Positions 60,998 to 64,000 of a DNA stretch of 64,000 bases are shown in pieces. The first letter of the stretch is position 1; the number at the start of each line of letters is the position of its first letter. The notes beneath the pieces are model-generated. The model made no database searches, was not told where the DNA came from, and saw nothing but the letters and a program-made list of their open reading frames with translations. Both the position numbers and the translations under genes were made by a program. Origin of the DNA: Adineta vaga (lineage: Eukaryota; Animalia; Rotifera); the NCBI GenBank assembly GCA_021613535.1, contig CP075494.1:1550001-1614000 (forward strand), given 5' to 3'.

Positions 60998-63005
60998 GAA
61001 CGCTAATGCCCCGAAGAATTTTCGGGTTCGGGTGTATCGAAATGGTGATTGCAAGATATTTGCTGAGTGTGCGTCATGCACAATGGATATTGTAAGATAT
61101 ATGTGATGAGATAACATACAACTACTACTGCTGCTACTCTGTTTATGGACTTATTTTCTTTTCTGTAAATTACTTTAGATATTCTCAGAGGCGACACGTA
61201 AATTACAACTGGTTAGACGTGCACGACGCCTGTTTGATCTTGAAGGACATGAAATTTTTCGAAGTGAAGATATTCAACGTGACATGGAATACTATGTATC
61301 ATGTGGAGAAAATTTTATAAATCCACTGAAAGCAGTTAAATGTATGTAAATACTGATTTTAAATGTTTCTTTTGGAATCACATTCAGCAAGTCTGCCCAT
61401 TTTTTTGTGTCTCAGTCGAAAATAAAGGGCTTAAAGAGTGTTAATTTTCGTCGGAGATGAGGCGTTGTTCATCTCTGTTACAGAAATCTGAGCGATTTCT
61501 TCTCTCGTCTGTGATTCATCCTGCACACAGAGAATTGAGAAAAGTTTCTCAATATAATTTAACACTTTGGTTTTCTCTTTTCTCGTATATATAGCTGAAC
61601 TACAGTATCGTTTCCATTCCGAATGGACAATCTATGGTATAGAACGGTGGTATAAAATACTCCGACAACGACGAAAGCCAAGTAAGTTTTGTCAGATACT
61701 ATAATAAAAAAACGTCTTTCTTTTGTGTGTTCCTTTTAATGAATCTTTTCCGTTGAAAGAAAAAGGTCTTTGCCTAAATCACGAGTTCATAAGGATAGCA
61801 AAATATCAAAATCGATCGAATTGCACCTGGTTGGAAAAATCTTTTATCAAAATACGGTGAACTAGAAGTCGGCATCGCTCTCTAGGAGACGTTCATCAAG
61901 ATTAAAGAGAGGGGGAAGTCGGATAGTTCATACATCGAGATTTTTTTACTCCTCCTCACTATTTTCTAGGTCCTACGTCCAGTAAGATTCCAAAATCACC
62001 AGATCATGAAGATAAACAGACTCAGACTCGTACAGTTAAAAGAACAAGACGTCATAAACATAAAAATACACAGAAAAAGGAGAACATACGGCCACCAATC
62101 CAAATGAAACCTAAACATACACAGACAGAAGAGAAGATCTCGACACCAATCCTGTTGAAACCTAAATATACACAGACAGAAGAGATGATCTCGTCACCAA
62201 CTCAATTGGAACCTAAATATACACAGACAGAAGAGAAGATACGGACACCAGAGAAGCGTCAAAATAAAGAGACATCAACTCAAACACAACCAACAACGTG
62301 TGCAAATAAAGAGACATCAGTGAATATTGTGACATCACATCTTGAATGCAAGAAAACTCAAACTCAACCAGCAAAGGGTGAAACTAAAGCCACACAAACA
62401 ATAACGATGTGTGAAAATAAAGCGATCCAAACGGGAATAGATCCAAAACTGTCGATACCCACGTATGTGTAAATTTCTGAATGTATTTGCAAGTGAGAAA
62501 CCGAGAGCAATCTTAGGAATAGTCACAGCTCGTTTTTGATTTTCGCTAATGATAAATCCTTGAAAGTATCAATCAAATACTTGTTGATAAAAAACACATT
62601 GCCTATTAGAGAAGATATAGGCATAGAACGACTAGTTTTGTTTTCTTATCTTTTCTAGTGGTATTCCGATTTATTCTCGTCCTACTCGTACGACTAACTT
62701 TCGTGTTAAAGTATATCGAAATGGTGAACGTGGTCGGTTTGATTATTGTAAATCATGCTCAATGGATATTGTAAGATAACGAATTACTAAATTATCGATA
62801 CCTCCCTTTAATCTTTTCCCTATGACTGTTTTCTGTACTTTAGTTATTTTCAGCTGCAACACAAAAACTACAAATGCCTACACGTGCACGACGTTTATTT
62901 GATTGTAATGGACTTGAGATTTATCATGCCGAAGAAATCCGACGTGACATGGAATATTATGTCTCTTCAGGAAAAAACTTTAAACAACCCATTAGAAATA
63001 GTTAA
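60998..63005 (+). CDS. Doublecortin-domain (DCDC1-like) protein: two DCX domains separated by a TQT-repeat linker; 5' end unresolved
   Basis: FRVRVYRNGD.../IFSEATRKLQL..RARRLFDLEG...YYVSCGENFINP and FRVKVYRNGE.../LFSAATQKLQM..RARRLFDCNG...YYVSSGKNFKQP. GT-AG introns fall at the same position in both domains. Confidence 0.75.
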
Positions 63006-63240
63006 GACTATGTCTAGTAGAGTTGGATGACAGTAAATTGCAGTAGTTATACCACGTGATAGTATTATTTTACATTTTATAATAATGTGTCATAATAAAG
63101 TGCTTCAATTTCTATTCTTATACGTTCGTTTATCAGTAAGCATAGCAAAAAGAGTGTCTTCTGAATAGTCACTTGATTTTATCTCTGTCCTGTCTCTATG
63201 ATAATTAGGGATGTTTCTGAAACTTCCTCTCTTCTCCTTA

Positions 63241-63301
63241 TTGAGGGTGTGGGTGTGGGTGGGTGTGAAAGAAGAGGAGATACTCACACCCACACCCTCA
63301 A
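63241..63301. repeat. Inverted telomere-like mini-element (61 bp)
   Basis: TTGAGGGTGTGGGTGTGGGTGGGTGTG...CTCACACCCACACCCTCAA. Confidence 0.8.
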
Positions 63302-63374
63302 AAATATCGATAAATTTGTTTGTTTTATTTTTACATAATTGAATAAATGATTTAAAGAAAGAAATTCGTTTTCT

Positions 63375-64000
63375 TATAAACTTGATTTTTTAACAAGATT
63401 TCCTTGATATTCATCATATCTTAAATTAGTCTTTAGTTCAGTAAGTGTCTAGAAAGAAATAATGAATGAATGAATGAATGAAATAGGATTGATAATTACA
63501 GTATTAAATGTTAATAAATCTAAAAGATATTCAAATCCAATATTTCCAATTGGATTACGTGAAAGATCAATATGTTTAAGTGTCTAAAGATATTTTCAAT
63601 TATTAAGAAAATTCTTTATGTATCTTTTACTTTATTTATTTTCAATGCTTTTGAAAGATTTTCAATTCCTTTTTCATCAATTTCAGTTCTATGAAGATTC
63701 AATGAAGTTAATGTCTAATAAAAGAAATCAATACGAATGAAAAGAATATAAAAAGAATAAAATAATAACTGTATTTTTTTCTAATATATCAGCGAGATAT
63801 TTTGATCCAAGAAATCCAATTCGATTATTACAAAGACTTAATTTCAAAAGTGTCTATTAATGAAATAAATAAATAAATAAATAAATAGAAAATGAATAAA
63901 AGAATATAAACAGTATTTGTTTGAAGAAAATCAAGAATAATTTGTATTCCATCATTTTCAATTTGATTATTTGATAAATCAATTTCTTTTAATTTGTTTT
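63375..64000 (-). CDS. 3' end of an RNI-like LRR gene with one 28-aa repeat per exon (partly degenerate; continues beyond the window)
   Basis: Exons IDLSNNQIENDGIQIILDFLQTNT, TLLKLSLCNNRIGFLGSKYLADILEKNT and TLKHIDLSRNPIGNIGFEYLLDLLTFNT; one exon is frameshifted. Confidence 0.75.

Overview
AT-rich (roughly 30% GC) eukaryotic genomic DNA with many 50-60 nt GT-AG introns. It is inferred to come from a bdelloid rotifer, based on the gene families present (intronless class-A GPCRs, 28-aa-exon LRR genes, tandem LamG proteins, ankyrin-ART, Cys-rich membrane family) and TGTGGG/TGAGGG telomere-type motifs. The window is an accessory, TE-rich region. It holds an intact piggyBac with TTAA TSDs, a decayed mariner with nested insertions, many MITE/foldback elements, and at least nine tiny head-to-head inverted telomere-repeat elements. 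It also has several intronless genes of probable non-metazoan origin: a plant-type CSLA/CSLC glycosyltransferase, a PAP2-phosphatase/aldonolactone-oxidase fusion with two in-frame TGAs, a polymorphic-toxin-like ORF, and decayed GH88, GGCT and M20 genes. Spliced genes include a ~1420-aa membrane-anchored protein (11 Cys-rich exon modules plus a Cys-laddered beta-solenoid), a DUF389 protein, an RGM/VWD-like secreted protein and a doublecortin-domain protein with a TQT-motif array. Family assignments are from motif recognition only; no searches were run.
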